Of a DNA stretch of 64,000 nt, positions 1 to 14,070 are shown piece by piece (the first letter of the stretch is position 1; each line of letters begins with the position of its first letter). The translations under genes and the position numbers were made by a program. The notes beneath the pieces were generated by a model. That model had not been told where the DNA came from and ran no database searches. It saw nothing but the letters and a program-made list of their open reading frames with translations. This DNA comes from Spongospora subterranea f. sp. subterranea (Eukaryota), in assembly GCA_049724395.1 (NCBI GenBank), contig JAUGWO010000013.1, positions 62,001 to 126,000 of the forward strand. The letters are read 5' to 3'.

Positions 1-752
1 AATAATGGATCACGACACAATCATGACAGATATGTTATGATGTGATATGTGTAGCGAGACATCTCAATACAGGATCCTCAGTACTGCACATACTGATGAA
101 TGAAGGGTCCACTGATGTCAATAATGGATCACGACACAATCATGACAGATATGTTATGATGTGATATGTGTAGCGAGACATCTCAATACAGGATCCTCAG
201 TACTGCACATACTGATGAATCAAGGGTCCACTGATGTCAATAATGGATCACGACACAATCATGACAGATATGTTATGATGTGATATGTGTAGCGAGACAT
301 CTCAATACAGGATCCTCAGTACTGCACATACTGATGAATGAAGGGTCCACTGATGTCAATAATGGATCACGACACAATCATGACAGATATGTTATGATGT
401 GATATGTGTAGCGAGACATCTCAATACAGGATCCTCAGTACTGCACATACTGATGAATGAAGGGTCCACTGATGTCAATAATGGATCACGACACAATCAT
501 GACAGATATGTTATGATGTGATATGTGTAGCGAGACATCTCAATACAGGATCCTCAGTACTGCACATACTGATGAATGAAGGGTCCACTGATGTCAATAA
601 TGGATCACGACACAATCATGACAGATATGTTATGATGTGATATGTGTAGCGAGACATCTCAATACAGGATCCTCAGTACTGCACATACCGATGAATCAAG
701 GGTCCACACTGATGTCAATAATAAATCTCGACACAATCATGACAGATATGTT
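1..752. repeat. 119-bp tandem repeat array, about 6.3 copies, runs off the window start
   Basis: Unit AATAATGGATCACGACACAATC... recurs at 1, 120, 239, 358, 477 and 596; the last copy diverges into unique sequence near 752. Confidence 0.97.
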
Positions 753-1792
753 CTCGCCGGCATTGCAATCGGCGCATCGATCCCAGTCACTTCGAATAAA
801 AGGTCCAATAGCGGAATCGAAATCACTAAGAATACTTGCAAAGGCACAAACGCAAGCAACTCCAGAGTATAAATTGAGGGCTCATATTATCGACTAAATA
901 TTTGGTGTATGGATCATCACGATCAATGTCAATTCGATTACCGACAAGCGCTATCCCTGGAATTTTCAATATGCCAAAGTTCGTCACAATATAATCCGTC
1001 TCGCTAGAGGACTATGTTGGAGCGGTACCAGAGCAATTCAACATGATTAACTGAAACAACTTCATATCCCAATGGCAAGTTATGTTGGACTCCTATTGCC
1101 AATCAATCAAATGGCCGACATTAGCTGCAAACAGTACCGGCACCCACCCTAGCCTAACCTCTACATCAACAACGTGTTCACACAATACGACACAGTGTAT
1201 TACCGGGCACGGTACTCACCTGGTATTATACTTGTTAGTAAGCAGGAAACAGTTCGTGGTAAAGGACGACAGGTCGTCGCGGATGACAAAAAGGTAAATA
1301 CTCTATGACTCGATCTATGTCCCTAAATAAACAGTTTGCTTTTATTGCTAACTTGTTTGGAGACCTCTGTTGGACGCGGAACGACGTCTCGAGCTGAACC
1401 GGCTCGATCCAACCCACCAGAGGTGCACACACAGAGCATATTGAGTGGAAACGACACAAGAAAATGATGAAGTCGCGATGAGGCTCTGCTACACTGGATA
1501 AGCAATTTTCTACCCCAATTACTCAAGAAAACCGCTGCCGCCCTCGATTGGGACTCTACTTGAGCAAAAAGCTCAACTTATGTATCCAGGGTTGGTATCC
1601 AGTTCCATGGTTTTGAACAGTTTATTGTCTAGGCCCTAGGGTTTCGTCTTTTGTCGATTGTCCTGAAAAAGAACGTGCTTGGGTCTAAGGACTGTCCAAT
1701 GATCAACAAGAATGACCGCTCTCGGAGGAATGAAATCCGGTCCTCGGAAATCGTCTTTCCTTGCTCCGAGTAATGCGGAGATTCCACTTTAA

Positions 1793-3601
1793 ATGGGTTC
1801 GATAAGGGCGCTGATTGTGATCTGCCTGATTGTGCTTGGAGTTGTTAACCTGGCGTTGTTCGCGTCATGGAAAATATATTCCGGCTCGACAGTGAATCTT
1901 GTGTCTCCAAAATTTCCCTTAATATCAAGCTGCCCCAATGATATCTGGAAAAACCCGCATGACCTGCAAAACGCGGCGATTCCAGAGGAATTCAACGGAA
2001 ATGTTGATAATTCATGGAAACAACCGCGTTCAAACTTCGATGTTGTTCGTCTTCCTGAGTAATGCGGCTTTCCAATGGATTATAGTACGTTTTATATTTT
2101 ATCAGGTTTGACCATGAAAATGGTGTTGCCTTTGTGGCTCATCTTCGAGACGCATTTGTGTCGGGAAGTTCTTTGAAAATTTATGATTGCAAATCGACAT
2201 ACTTTGCTGGTGGATGTGATGTATACCAAGAACCATTTCCGATGCAAAATTTGTTGAAATCCACTGAAATCACAGAAATCGACGAGGCTGTGATCATTTC
2301 TCAATATTGGGGTTATGGTTATTATCACTGGCTAATCGAGGTCGCTTCCATTTGATTTGTTTTCCTTGGGGTTCATTCGCCTCACATGCTGCAATCACAG
2401 TTTGTTTCTATCAAAAGTTTGATCACTTGAATTATCTCTGCCTACTATGGTTTGCAAGCATTTGTAAAATTGCTTTCAGTGTTTCTGGTCTCTTTCGGAA
2501 CTGGTCTGAATGCCGTTCCATGCTAATAGGGATTCATGCGGCTTGCGTTGGTGTACAATACTCTCCGAGAAAACCAAAATATGAAAATTCTCATGTTCGA
2601 TATGGGTATCGCTCAAGACCTTCTATCTCTAATCAATATCGACCCGTCTCGGTTGATTTCTTTCCAAGCCGACCGAGTCTATTTCATTCACAATATCACG
2701 GTGACATCACCAACGTCCTGCCAGAAAGCTATGGGCTCTCCAATGCGCTATATGAAAAAGCTTATGAGAGACAACGCGAGGGAAAAATACCCTGATGAAG
2801 TTAACAAACCTGACTTTTCTGTTATCTGTGTTTTTTTATTTATCTATTCAGAAGTTGCCCTTGTACTTCTCTTTAAAAAAACTTGTACCGATGTTGCCGA
2901 TCAATGAACTTTTTCTGTATCTACCGGACAAGATTGTTTGCGAGCTAATTCTGGTTGTAGTTCGGGGATCATATTGCAGCCAAAAAACCGTTCACAATTG
3001 TGATCAACATGAGAGATGCGCATCGGTCCTTGTCGAACCATAATGAGCTGGTTGAGGCAGTACGGCGTTTTAATCCAGACTCAGACGTTATCGTGTTCTT
3101 GCCTGAGGAGAATCTGATTTCGACTCTTCGCAAACACTTTTTCGCAAACATAATCATCGGCCCACATGGTGCCGGCTTGAGCAACGTACGAATTAAGTTG
3201 GTTTTTTTGTTCTTTCTTTCGTAATTTTAGATATGTTGGTACATACATTTTTCCAAAGGTGAATCTTCGACCCCTTGATATTTGAGGGCATTTTGATACG
3301 GTAAGGACTGATTACAGGTTCGTTTCAGATGGTGTTTGCTCCAGATGGCGCTACAGTCATCGAATTGCATCCTGCTAAAGGTAACGAGCTTCGGGATGTT
3401 CCCCATGGAATCAATATCTGTCATCAAGTAACTGCCTGGCGATCTAATCTCCATTCCATCATGTTGCTTGAAAACAATGGCGATCCAGGGTCCAAGTTTG
3501 AGACCAATATATCACGAGTCATCGATACGGTTTACAAAGTTCGGTCAGGCAATCTATCTGCGATTGAGCAGTATAATATACCAATGAGTAAATATATGTA
3601 A
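1793..3601 (+). CDS. GT61/DUF563-family glycosyltransferase, spliced, with N-terminal membrane anchor
   Basis: Hydrophobic N-terminus, then YYHWLIE, IIGPHGAGLSN and MVFAPDGATVIELHP motifs across successive exons. Confidence 0.85.
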
Positions 3602-4097
3602 AAGGTATTTTTGTTATGGGATGGCCCGATACTCTTCAGCGGGTGACTGTCAAGGCAACAAATATTGAGCCAACACATATGCTGCATTTACCAGAATATA
3701 TCTGGGATAAGAGCATCTGCAGCAGCATTAACAAAACACACCATTGGCAAAGAGCGGATCACTTCCTATGAAATGGAAACAGTCTACTGTAGATAATTAT
3801 ATCGATTTTTCAAAACGCGGTCCCGCACGCCACGTGCGTTTTTCAACGTTGTCATTGAAAACGTTCAACAGCATCAACTCTGATGATTCTTTAGCGTTGG
3901 GTCTCTCGCAACTTCTCGAGTAAAACCACATCGCTGAAATCGCAATAGCGCCAAGCGAGTAAATATTTTCTCAATTTAAGTATATTTCGGCCAAATTTTA
4001 GGCATATCTGCACCTCTTCAGCTGTGACGTTTCCAGACAATAGCAAAAGCACCTTAACTGTGCATTGATTTACTGACAGATGAAGTAGATTGTTGAA

Positions 4098-4571
4098 CTA
4101 CCTTTGAGATGTACAGCGAGCGATAGCATTTGAGAAGTCGGGCGATTTCTGGGTAGCATCGTACCATCCGAATAATGGATTCTCATCAATAGGTGACGAT
4201 ATCACTGATTCAATAGAAATATCGCGGGGGAACTTGTTCAAGTAGCAGACGCATGGATAGACAACGTCAAGGATCCGTTCATTGATTACGCGCATAGGAC
4301 CGACCCCTCGCTGCTCATACTCCAGGAATTGCTCGATGAACACCAGGATTGAGATCAAGGTCTGAATGCTCAATTGGCACTTTGAATGTACATGCTCGGT
4401 GCCCGGTTTACCGATAAAATTGACCATGTTCTCGGCGTGATGACGCGCCTCAATCGCTGCTAAACCCATTTCTTGGGTCAGCGCGAATAAAATCGTCACG
4501 TCTATTGGAGGGTCAGGCGTAGGAGCGAAGAAGCTGTGCGACATGAGCTCATCTAGTTCAGTGTTCTCCAT
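4098..4571 (-). CDS. Uncharacterised 'ELDELMSH' family protein, copy A (possibly cyclin-box-like; may have a second exon towards ~3890)
   Basis: Intact ORF clearly homologous to 43743-44210 and 59456-59923; GT donor (AAG|GTAGTT) at its 3' end. Confidence 0.7.
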   Translation of the reverse strand: MENTELDELMSHSFFAPTPDPPIDVTILFALTQEMGLAAIEARHHAENMVNFIGKPGTEHVHSKCQLSIQTLISILVFIEQFLEYEQRGVGPMRVINERILDVVYPCVCYLNKFPRDISIESVISSPIDENPLFGWYDATQKSPDFSNAIARCTSQR

Positions 4572-4726
4572 TCCCAAGTGACCAGAGATGGTAATAAAAC
4601 TGTTACTGTAGTGACAGGCAAACCCTGTCGGTCATGTGATTTTGATGTGTGCAACTGCGCCGGCGGGACCTTACATCCGTTATACAGCTAGGGTTAGCGG
4701 TCATGGCTGTCTGTGTTCGCTCAGGA

Positions 4727-4945
4727 ATGAAGCATATTGAACTGGGTAACCTCCATTGCTCGAGCCAAGCTAAACCAATAAATGGATTTAGCAGCGATTT
4801 AGTCCCACAATCACGCAGAGAACATGAGCATTTTGTTGGTAGACCGAGCATTGTTTGTGTTCAACGAAATGCCAATCGAGCATCCAGATTTTAAGTTTGG
4901 ATCCTGCTTTTCTATGAGCAGTGCATGGAGATGCACAGCGAGGTA
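4727..4945 (+). pseudogene. Degenerate family copy B, head-to-head with copy A
   Basis: Frameshifted pieces MKHIELGNL, MDLAAI, HAENM, FVGRP, KCQSSIQIL, EQCME align with copy A. Confidence 0.7.
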
Positions 4946-5799
4946 GTGCTTCTAGTGATGTAGCCATTGAGCTGATATGTTACCTTCTAAAACCCACCAT
5001 ACCATGAGGTGTCGGAGTCGCGCGGCCCCATCAAAGAAACCCCTTTCTTCTCTTTGAGGCGCTTGTGTTACCAATGAACGCTCGTCAATGTGAGTAGGCG
5101 AATTTTGATTGCTTCATCAGAAAAATTCGACCTTCCAGAGGACTTTTTTCTCTACAAACACCAGAAGCCAAACAATAACGTATGAAGACTACGGAATATG
5201 ACAGAAGCTGATTTCCTTGATTTTCAACGTCTTGCCTGAAAGGCTTTTTATTGTCGTTGGTCCAGTTAACACAACGAATTATTTGGAGCGATCGGAGGGA
5301 ATTGCTCTCATCCACGGCACGGCTCATCCGTATAGCAAGCGGGCACGCTGTTTTCGAGGGGGAGCAGGGTTAAATTGATCATGTTTATGCTGTTATATCT
5401 TTTTACATTGCAGCCATACTGGTGAAATCGTAATGCTCGACTATCCTCTTTGTAGATACATGTAAGTATGGGCTTGATTTTATGCTGTTCAAGGAAAACC
5501 CTGTTATCTGTTCCTATATTGGTTTCGTCCCTTGTACGAGTATCCACATGCAGTGAATGACAGCATTATGCGCTTCATACCAAGGTATTTGAAGGGCAGG
5601 TCGCAACTATTGACAGCATATAGCAAGTATGATCCTGTTATATCAAATTAACTAGTCACTTAGGTGCCACTCTTTGGGTGTTTCTTCCATGCATGTAGGC
5701 CTCCTGCGAATTGAGCTGATTCTCTGACGTTGCGTTTTCGAAGCAGTGCGATTGAACTGCACGTCAATTGTTGAGCAACACTACCAGCGACAAAGTATA

Positions 5800-6327
5800 T
5801 TACTGATGATTTTAGACAACTCACCAAGCCTCTTAACTGTGCAACGATTTGCTGAACGATGATGTTGTTTTTGACTTTTAAACCGTGGGAGGTTCAGGGA
5901 CCGATAGCATGTGAACAGGCTGGAGATCCTGGGTGTTATTGCACAATCCGAAATATTGGACTCTCGATAGTAGACGAACTTATCACCGATTCCATAGTGA
6001 TCTTGCGAGGGGATTGTTCAAGTCGAGGCATGGATAATCAACGTCAAATATCCGTCCACTGATCACCAACCTAGGAAAGATTCCTTACTGCTCATACTCC
6101 ATGCACTGCTTGATGAAAATCAGGTTTGCGATCAAGATTTGACTGCTCGTTTGACATTTTGCCAGTATATAACCGGTGCCCGGTTCACTAACGAATTGAA
6201 TCATGGGTGTCGCTCTAATTGCGGGACTCAAAAACGCAGCTAAACCCATTTCTTCGGTCCCGAAGGATTCAGGCATCGGAGCGTTGAAGCAGTGCGACAT
6301 GAGCTCATCTAGTTCAGTATGCGACAT
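5800..6327 (-). pseudogene. Degenerate family copy C
   Basis: MSHTELDELMSHCFN...KCQTSSQILIANLIFIKQCMEYEQ then a stop; decayed homology to copy A continues downstream. Confidence 0.8.
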
Positions 6328-6419
6328 TCCTAAGCGACAAGGTCGTCTGATGCCGAGGCCCTGGCAATAGGGTTGCCGACCAGTACTGCACCGCCATTAT
6401 TATCTTCAATCGTTTAGGA

Positions 6420-6720
6420 ATGGGCCACACTGAACTTGATGGGCTCATGCCGTACGACTTCTTTCGGTCCTACCCCTGGTCCTTCATTAAACCAGAAAAT
6501 GTGTTACCAGCGATTGAGCCTCAGTAATCAGCCCGATAATATGAAGCAATTTGTCGCCAATCCGGGCAGCGATCGGTACGCAGGCAATCTGCGAAGCATG
6601 TGGTCTTCATTGAACCTGACTTGTTTCAAGGCAATGCATGGGATATGAGTAGCGCGGTATCGGCCCTAGTCTTGTGACCAATAAACGGATTGTGGTCGTT
6701 GTCTATTCATGTAGGTCTGA
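6420..6720 (+). pseudogene. Degenerate family copy D, head-to-head with copy C
   Basis: MGHTELDGLM, DNMKQFVANPGSD and E*RGIGPSLVTNKRIVVVVYSC match the family; contains frameshifts and a stop. Confidence 0.75.
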
Positions 6721-7649
6721 TGGTACCCGGATGACCTGATCTCGAGAGTGGCCGGATTCGCGTGGTTGAATGAAGAACATGTGCTTCTTCTTTCAATGCA
6801 TGTGTCCTGGCTTTAAACATGCCTGGAGACCGCATTCATGGTAAATGAACGAATTCTGGCTGTACGAGAGAACACCAGACTCCCGAGGAAATGTACAATC
6901 AGGAGAGGCGAAGAAAACGGAAGGGATCGGAGCGTCTTCCTCTGGTCATTCACTGCATATGTCCATTAGCAAGCGAGGGTGCTGTTGTAAAGGGAAATTT
7001 CTATGAAAGTTCCATCACAACAAACACCATGTTGCTCAAGTTGAGGCGTTTGATGAATGATGATTTTGCATTGTAACCACACTGATATGAAAGCGATGAC
7101 GTTATTGCTGTGGGTATCGTATTGCCTAAATGTGACTTTCAAGTCTGTAGGTATCGTATTGTAAATGTGACTTGTAAGTCACGTTTATATCGCAACGATA
7201 CCAGTTGTTGAATGACGTCTCTGTGGAAACTCGGTATCATTGCAGATTAAGAGTCTGGTGTTACCTTGTATCGTGCAATTTGATGACCGTCTATCACACA
7301 ACATCCTCTATGTGTAACGATATGAAGTTAAATGTATTGTCTAATATGTAATAATTTCGGTTCAACCAGGATTCTCAAACCATCCTTGAAGAAATGCGAT
7401 GTTCAACCCCTCGTTCACTGTCCATGGGCTTTTTCAACTTTTGAAGTGCCGCCTCGTACCCCGCTGATACGAATGGCTTCATGCTTTGGAAGACGGCTTG
7501 CCGAAGCCCTCGCTCTCAACCAAGGATTCATCAGGCCAGATCGCCACGAACGACAAAAAGCAACGTAGCAAGTCTGATTCTTCTTAGTCAAGTTCGTAAA
7601 AGACAATTAGTCTCTGTTTCAAACTATCATGGTTTGCCTTCCCTGCACT

Positions 7650-8710
7650 TTTAGGCCACTGCACTCAGAGCAAATTCTTTAGCGTTCGGTCAAATCGCTT
7701 CAATCAAGGACTAACTTAGCGCCAACCAGTATTGTTTTGTTAATTCCAGGCGAATAATTTAGATAAATATGCACGTTGTCAACTGTAGTCCCAGTTGCTT
7801 TTTCTCGAGCAGTGACCTTTCAAATTTGGGTAGTTCTACAATTCCTATGTGTATCATCAAATCGTTCAACGTTTTAGATCTATGCCACTTTAGGCAAATA
7901 AAATCATATGTTTTCAGTAAATGTCGTGACAAATCAAAACCGTTAAACCTCAGTTAAAACCTCAGTCATCATCCTAGGAAACAAGGAATATCTTGGCTTA
8001 TAAAATGATTAGATATCTAGAGTGATCACAGACTTGGAGATAGATTCATTTGACCTCTAATACGTTTGTAAATTTCCTTTTCGGTTGTATTCAAATTTTA
8101 TTCATTGTCCTTTCAACGCTCATCAACGGCATTCATGACTCGTTACATGGATAAAGATTATTATGAACAAGTGTGATCTCTTGAGGCTCTCGTCGAAAGA
8201 TTGGGTGCAACAAAAGTAGCTATTGGGCGACGTGTCGTCATAAAAGGACTCGACGACGGTATTCAGTTTTTGCATCGAAAACAGAAAGTGTTGAAAAGGA
8301 CCTTTTTCGCTATTGTTGCACCCAATCGATGCGAGCCTCAAGAGATCACACTTGCTCACAATAATCTTCATCTTGGAAGCTGCCTTTGCCCCATAACGTA
8401 GACGAAGCGTCTCGAAGTAGGGTTTAAAATTTTCCCGATTGTCAAGGGTCAGAACGAGATAGATCCTTTGCAACACTTTCTGTTTTCGATGTAAAAACTA
8501 AATACCGTCGTCGAGGCCTTTTATGACGACACGTCGCCCATATAATTCTTTTCTCCAATATCCGAGAGTATCAATCGTGGTAAGAAAGTTGTCTCCATTA
8601 TGAATTGCTGAATACGCTTTCGCTGAAGTTGTCAATCCTCCATTTGCAACTGGATTTCCAGATATACATACTACCTCTAGGGACTTTGTTGAGACGTTCA
8701 AAAACACGAG
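7650..8710 (-). pseudogene. Decayed small-GTPase-like sequences (one or two remnants)
   Basis: Minus-strand fragments TIDTLG (G3-like), IYLVLTLDNRENF...IIVSKCDL (G4-like), and ILVGAKL...ECSGLK (Rho G4/G5-like). No P-loop seen; stops present. Confidence 0.4.
8224..8540. repeat. 77-bp inverted repeat (8224-8300 / 8464-8540) with 163-bp spacer
   Basis: Arms are reverse complements with 4 mismatches. Confidence 0.92.
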
Positions 8711-8902
8711 ATTTGCCAGCTCCGTAAAACCATGAATCCTAATCGAAATGACCCATCTTTAACAGCATCTGTGCCATCATTATGGGAGTAGTTGGTACAG
8801 TACTGAATATGCCAAAGAAGGCACGATAATTGGTCGGCAACCATACATAGTACTGTAGTTTAAGTCCGCCACGGAGTGCGAATCTGGCCATTATCGATCG
8901 CG

Positions 8903-11437
8903 ATGGCGTCTCTTGAACTGCAACCGTTCTGTTCGAGCACTGATGGATGGGGCCCGGCCACCAACTTCAAAGGTTCGTATAAGTCTCTGATCAACTCACT
9001 TTTCTTTGCTGACCATTTATCAGGGCAAGCCTCTCAGGTCCCGTTTTCTTTATTCAGTAAATTTGATCGTATTGGAAAACCTGCCGATTTTGTATCGGCT
9101 CCGCAGGCATTCAACCAGGAGCCCAGACGTGACCGATATGCTGCATATGGCGCCTCCTCTGCTGCTTTTTCCTACTCACAGCAAGGTTATACTATACTTT
9201 GATTGCCTGTTAACTTGAGCAATGATGAGACACACTATTCGGAGCGTATTTATGAAGAATACTCTATTTTGCTAATCTTCTCTCTGAGCTCAATTTTGCC
9301 GACATGTTTTTTGTTTATTTACAATTGTTGTTTATTGTTTGGTTGTTAACAGATGATGAGACGTCGTTTTCGCTTGTTGACACTCGACCAAAACCTAAGC
9401 CCAAATTTGGCATTCAACGTATCGGTGGAACTCGTGGCCGGGGCGGATTCCGTGGCCGTGGTCGTGGTGGAGCTTGGGGAGGCCAAGGCGCACGCTTTGC
9501 ACAGGATCCTCGCTCAGGAACTGGTAAGCGTGTTTTTTTTAACCCTTTTCGCTTCCCCATAAGTTCGATTTTGTTTAAGGTCCATCCCTTTCCGCCTCTG
9601 GAGGGGGATCTGCGGATGCAGCACAGGCTCAGAACCAAAGGAAGAAGAGTAAAGGACGGTGAGCTTTCATTTCATGATCCACATTTTTTTTTAAGTGTTT
9701 GCAAAGTTGGGATACTGGACGTGGAGGCCGTCGATTCGGGCCACGAGATTGGGACCGAGCACCTCGCGTCAACCAACCCAGTATCAAGGTGCAGGAGGAC
9801 TGGGTCGAAGTTGCCCAGCTTTCAATCCAGCAACTGGAAGCCGCTACACTACCATTCCTTGAAAAAACAGCTCATGGTAAACGCATGCGAGGGCGGACTG
9901 ATGATACTTCGGAAGATGAGTCATCCAAGGTATACTTTTTTCATTTTTCTATCGTGTGCAGTTTTTTTTGCATTGAATGTTTGACTGGTGTGCTCTTTCC
10001 ACTGAAACTTATGGGTATTGATTGTTTTATGAAGTTTGCGAATGCGTTTTGTTTTTTCATCTGCGTTCGATATATGTTCATATGCTGTAATTTAGGCGTT
10101 GCGGGAATCGCAATCAGTTCAAACGCTGTTTGAATCTGGTATCGTTCACTGCTATGATAAAGGGTTCGATCGTGTCACGACCAGGAATAGCATCAAACTG
10201 CGCTCGGGGCCAGCTCCTCCCAAGTTTTCTGGCATCCATCCCGGTCAAGATCCTCTCATGCAGAAGCTCCATGCTGACAAAGCTGGCAATATTTACGCAA
10301 CTGATACTGTTGGTTTCAATGTCGACATCGACGATTTGCTCTGATTTTGTTCAGGTACTGTCGTTGTTGATGGCGGCTGCCCAGAGTGCCTCCGGCTGGG
10401 ATATAGTTATTCGCAAAACCAAAGACAGTATCATTCTTGATCGGCGGTCGTCATCTTTAATCGGGTTCGAAACCGTGAATGAAACTGGACAGGATTTGAC
10501 TGCCGATGAAGTTTCTCCCGAATCCATTAATCACCCTGTGCAGCTAATGAATGAAGCGACCAGTATTCGCGTGACATGTTGACGAATTGCCCTTTTGTTC
10601 AAATTTACTTCAGGTATTTATCAGCGTTTCCTGTCTCAAGCTGTTCGCGATTCTGTGGCTGTCGAGTTCGATGACGTTGGCGCTGCTGATTCGATTGCCT
10701 ATCGCTATCGCAGATTCGAGCTCGGGGAAGGTAAAAGACTGTTAGTTCGGTCTGAAGTTCAGGTTGTTACCCCATCTGATGTTCCCAAAATCAAACTGTT
10801 TAACCTCTGGACGTAGGCTGCAACTGAAAAGGCGTCTGGCTCTGATTCGACGCCGCAATTGCTGTCAAGTATAGCTTGGTCACCCATGCTTCAACAATTT
10901 TGTAAATGTGTTTGTAGTTCGGTCGCTTTTGGAGTTTGATGCGAAAACTGGTGCTGGTGTTTCTGATTGGCGTCAGAAGTTAGATGCCCAACGTGGTTAT
11001 ATCATCGCCACAGAGTTCAGGAACAACGCCTTCAAAATAACACGATGGATTGCTCAGGTATGCCTTCGATTACCCATTGGGTTTCTGTTTTCTATGATTG
11101 TTTAATTTATTCGGTTTCTCTACGCTGAGAAGCTTTTTTCAACCGGATTTTGTCTCAGGCAATCTTAGCTGGTATCGATGAGATAAGAATGGCATTTGTT
11201 AGCCGAGTTGTGCCGACCGATCCCAAACATCACGTTGTATTGGGTGTTCAGAGATTCAAACCTCTGGAGTTCGCTCAGCAAGTCGGCGTCAAACAATCGT
11301 CATTATGGGGCTCTCTTAACTTGATTATCGAGACCATTGTTTCACTTGCAGACGGTACCTACCTTTTGTTCCGGGATCCCAATGAGCCTCTTCTCCGTTT
11401 CTATTCTGTCTCAGACGATTCTATCGATCAAGCCTAA
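8903..11437 (+). CDS. EIF3D: Translation initiation factor 3 subunit D, multi-exon
   Basis: GWGP, FSKFDRIGKPADF, DDETSFSLVDT, DWRQKLDAQRG..ATEFRNNAFKITRW, AFVSRV..HVVLGVQRFKP. Confidence 0.95.
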
Positions 11438-11639
11438 TGAACCACTTACTATATTTCTCATGTTCGACAAATCACTCTCAACTTTTTTATTAGTTTGCTT
11501 AGCTCATGTAGACGTTTTCCTGGGCTGTGCCGATACGTCGTGTAGTCTTATTTTATCCTAAAATATCATGTGTTGGCGGTTTTTTAGCAATCTATAGGTT
11601 GTTTAACAGTTGAGATCGGCTTCTTTTGGATGCGTACGA

Positions 11640-12768
11640 TTCAAACGGCGGGGAATAGATTACAATGGGCTTCTCGAAATTGTGTCGGCAAGCAAACGGT
11701 CGTTCCATTGCTACTTCTAAGTACTAACCGTCTTGAATTCGACCAGATTCCTAGAGTGTTAGCTGGATGCATTTTTGAATCGAACTCTACGGGCAACTTG
11801 ACTGAGCCGTCGTTGATCTGTGGCAACAGGTTCGAAGTGCCTGCAGAAACCGAACTAATAGCTAAACAAGTTTGCGATTTCTCTCTTTGGCTGCCTATCT
11901 CGATAAAGGAGTGCCATAATTCCCTTCAGTATCGAACCATCATGAATTTGTTGCCGGGTCTGGCACAGTAAAGTGGGATACTGTACTAATGGAACGGAAT
12001 GACATGCATGGAGAACTGCGGCCATGAACTTGACGGATATCGGGTGTCGATAGCATGATCCAAGGAATATAGTGATCGATATGACCACGCTTTCTGTCCA
12101 TGCGTCTTCGTCGGATATAATAAACATGAGCAAGATAGGCGGTAATCTCTTCATTGTCAACAAAAAGGAGAATCGCTCCATGTGGAATGTGGCCCTTCTC
12201 TGAAAGGAGTGACCTTTATCTCTTTTTTGATGAGACGATCTTCTTCAGCGATGTCCATGCTCACCTATCTCCTAGCGAAAAACCGATGTGGGTCGTGCGT
12301 GTCCATGACTCTCATTGAGAAGTTGATACCGCCCATATTGCGACAGGTTGGACTGTGCAGATTAGGTAGATTTACAGGGATGAACAGGGGCAACGCCTTT
12401 ATGTAGCTTAGGCAGGTATTGAAAGACAGGGGATGACCCCGATGGAGTTTGAGGCGATGGACCGGGGTCCGAGTGCCTGATGCTTCCACTGTTTTGTAGA
12501 AATTTCGGTTATCGTTATTGATCTGGCTAAGATTGGGCTCGAGAGACATTCGTGAAACTGTACTTTACAGGATTGTTGTGTCAAATCAAGGCTGTATTAC
12601 GAGCAGCAGTGGCTTTGCAAGTTCATCTGCTTTGCCTGCCTTGATTTTTGTCGTGGGAGATCCCTCTAGCTATGAGAAAGAATGCTCAGCAGCGTCAAAG
12701 AGATGAATACACTTGCAAAACCCACCGTAGTTGACATTAAAATTCTCTGCATTTCGTCTGGTCAACAT
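11640..12768 (-). CDS. Hypothetical spliced protein
   Basis: Series of minus-strand open segments bounded by GT/AG; no recognisable domain. Confidence 0.4.
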
Positions 12769-12890
12769 CTTTATACCTCACCTCCTCCTTGGCGTTTGAA
12801 AAGAAGAAAATCCAGCAGTGTACCTATGGGTTAGACAGCCATGAGTGGTGTCGACTGGGGTATATATGACGGATACAGCGTCAACTCTAA

Positions 12891-13765
<875 letters not shown>

Positions 13766-14070
13766 AACACTTTGAATATTTTACTTCTCAGATTCTTTAT
13801 CAATCAACGTCTCTTATCTGCACCTTTGAAATCGTCGTTTAATCCAATATGGCCTTTCTTTCATCTTATTTGTATATTTCTTGCGTCCGGGCGTAATCAG
13901 GCGTTTCCGTAGCGTGATATTCATTTGGTGGGTTTCGTCCGGTTTTACTTCATCTAATTTCGTCCGTACCGTTGTAATGGCAGTCGGATTTACTGGTTGA
14001 CAGTTTCGGAAGATCGGCCGATATCTCCGACTATCAGTTTGTCTCGCATGCCCTGATTTCACATACGATT

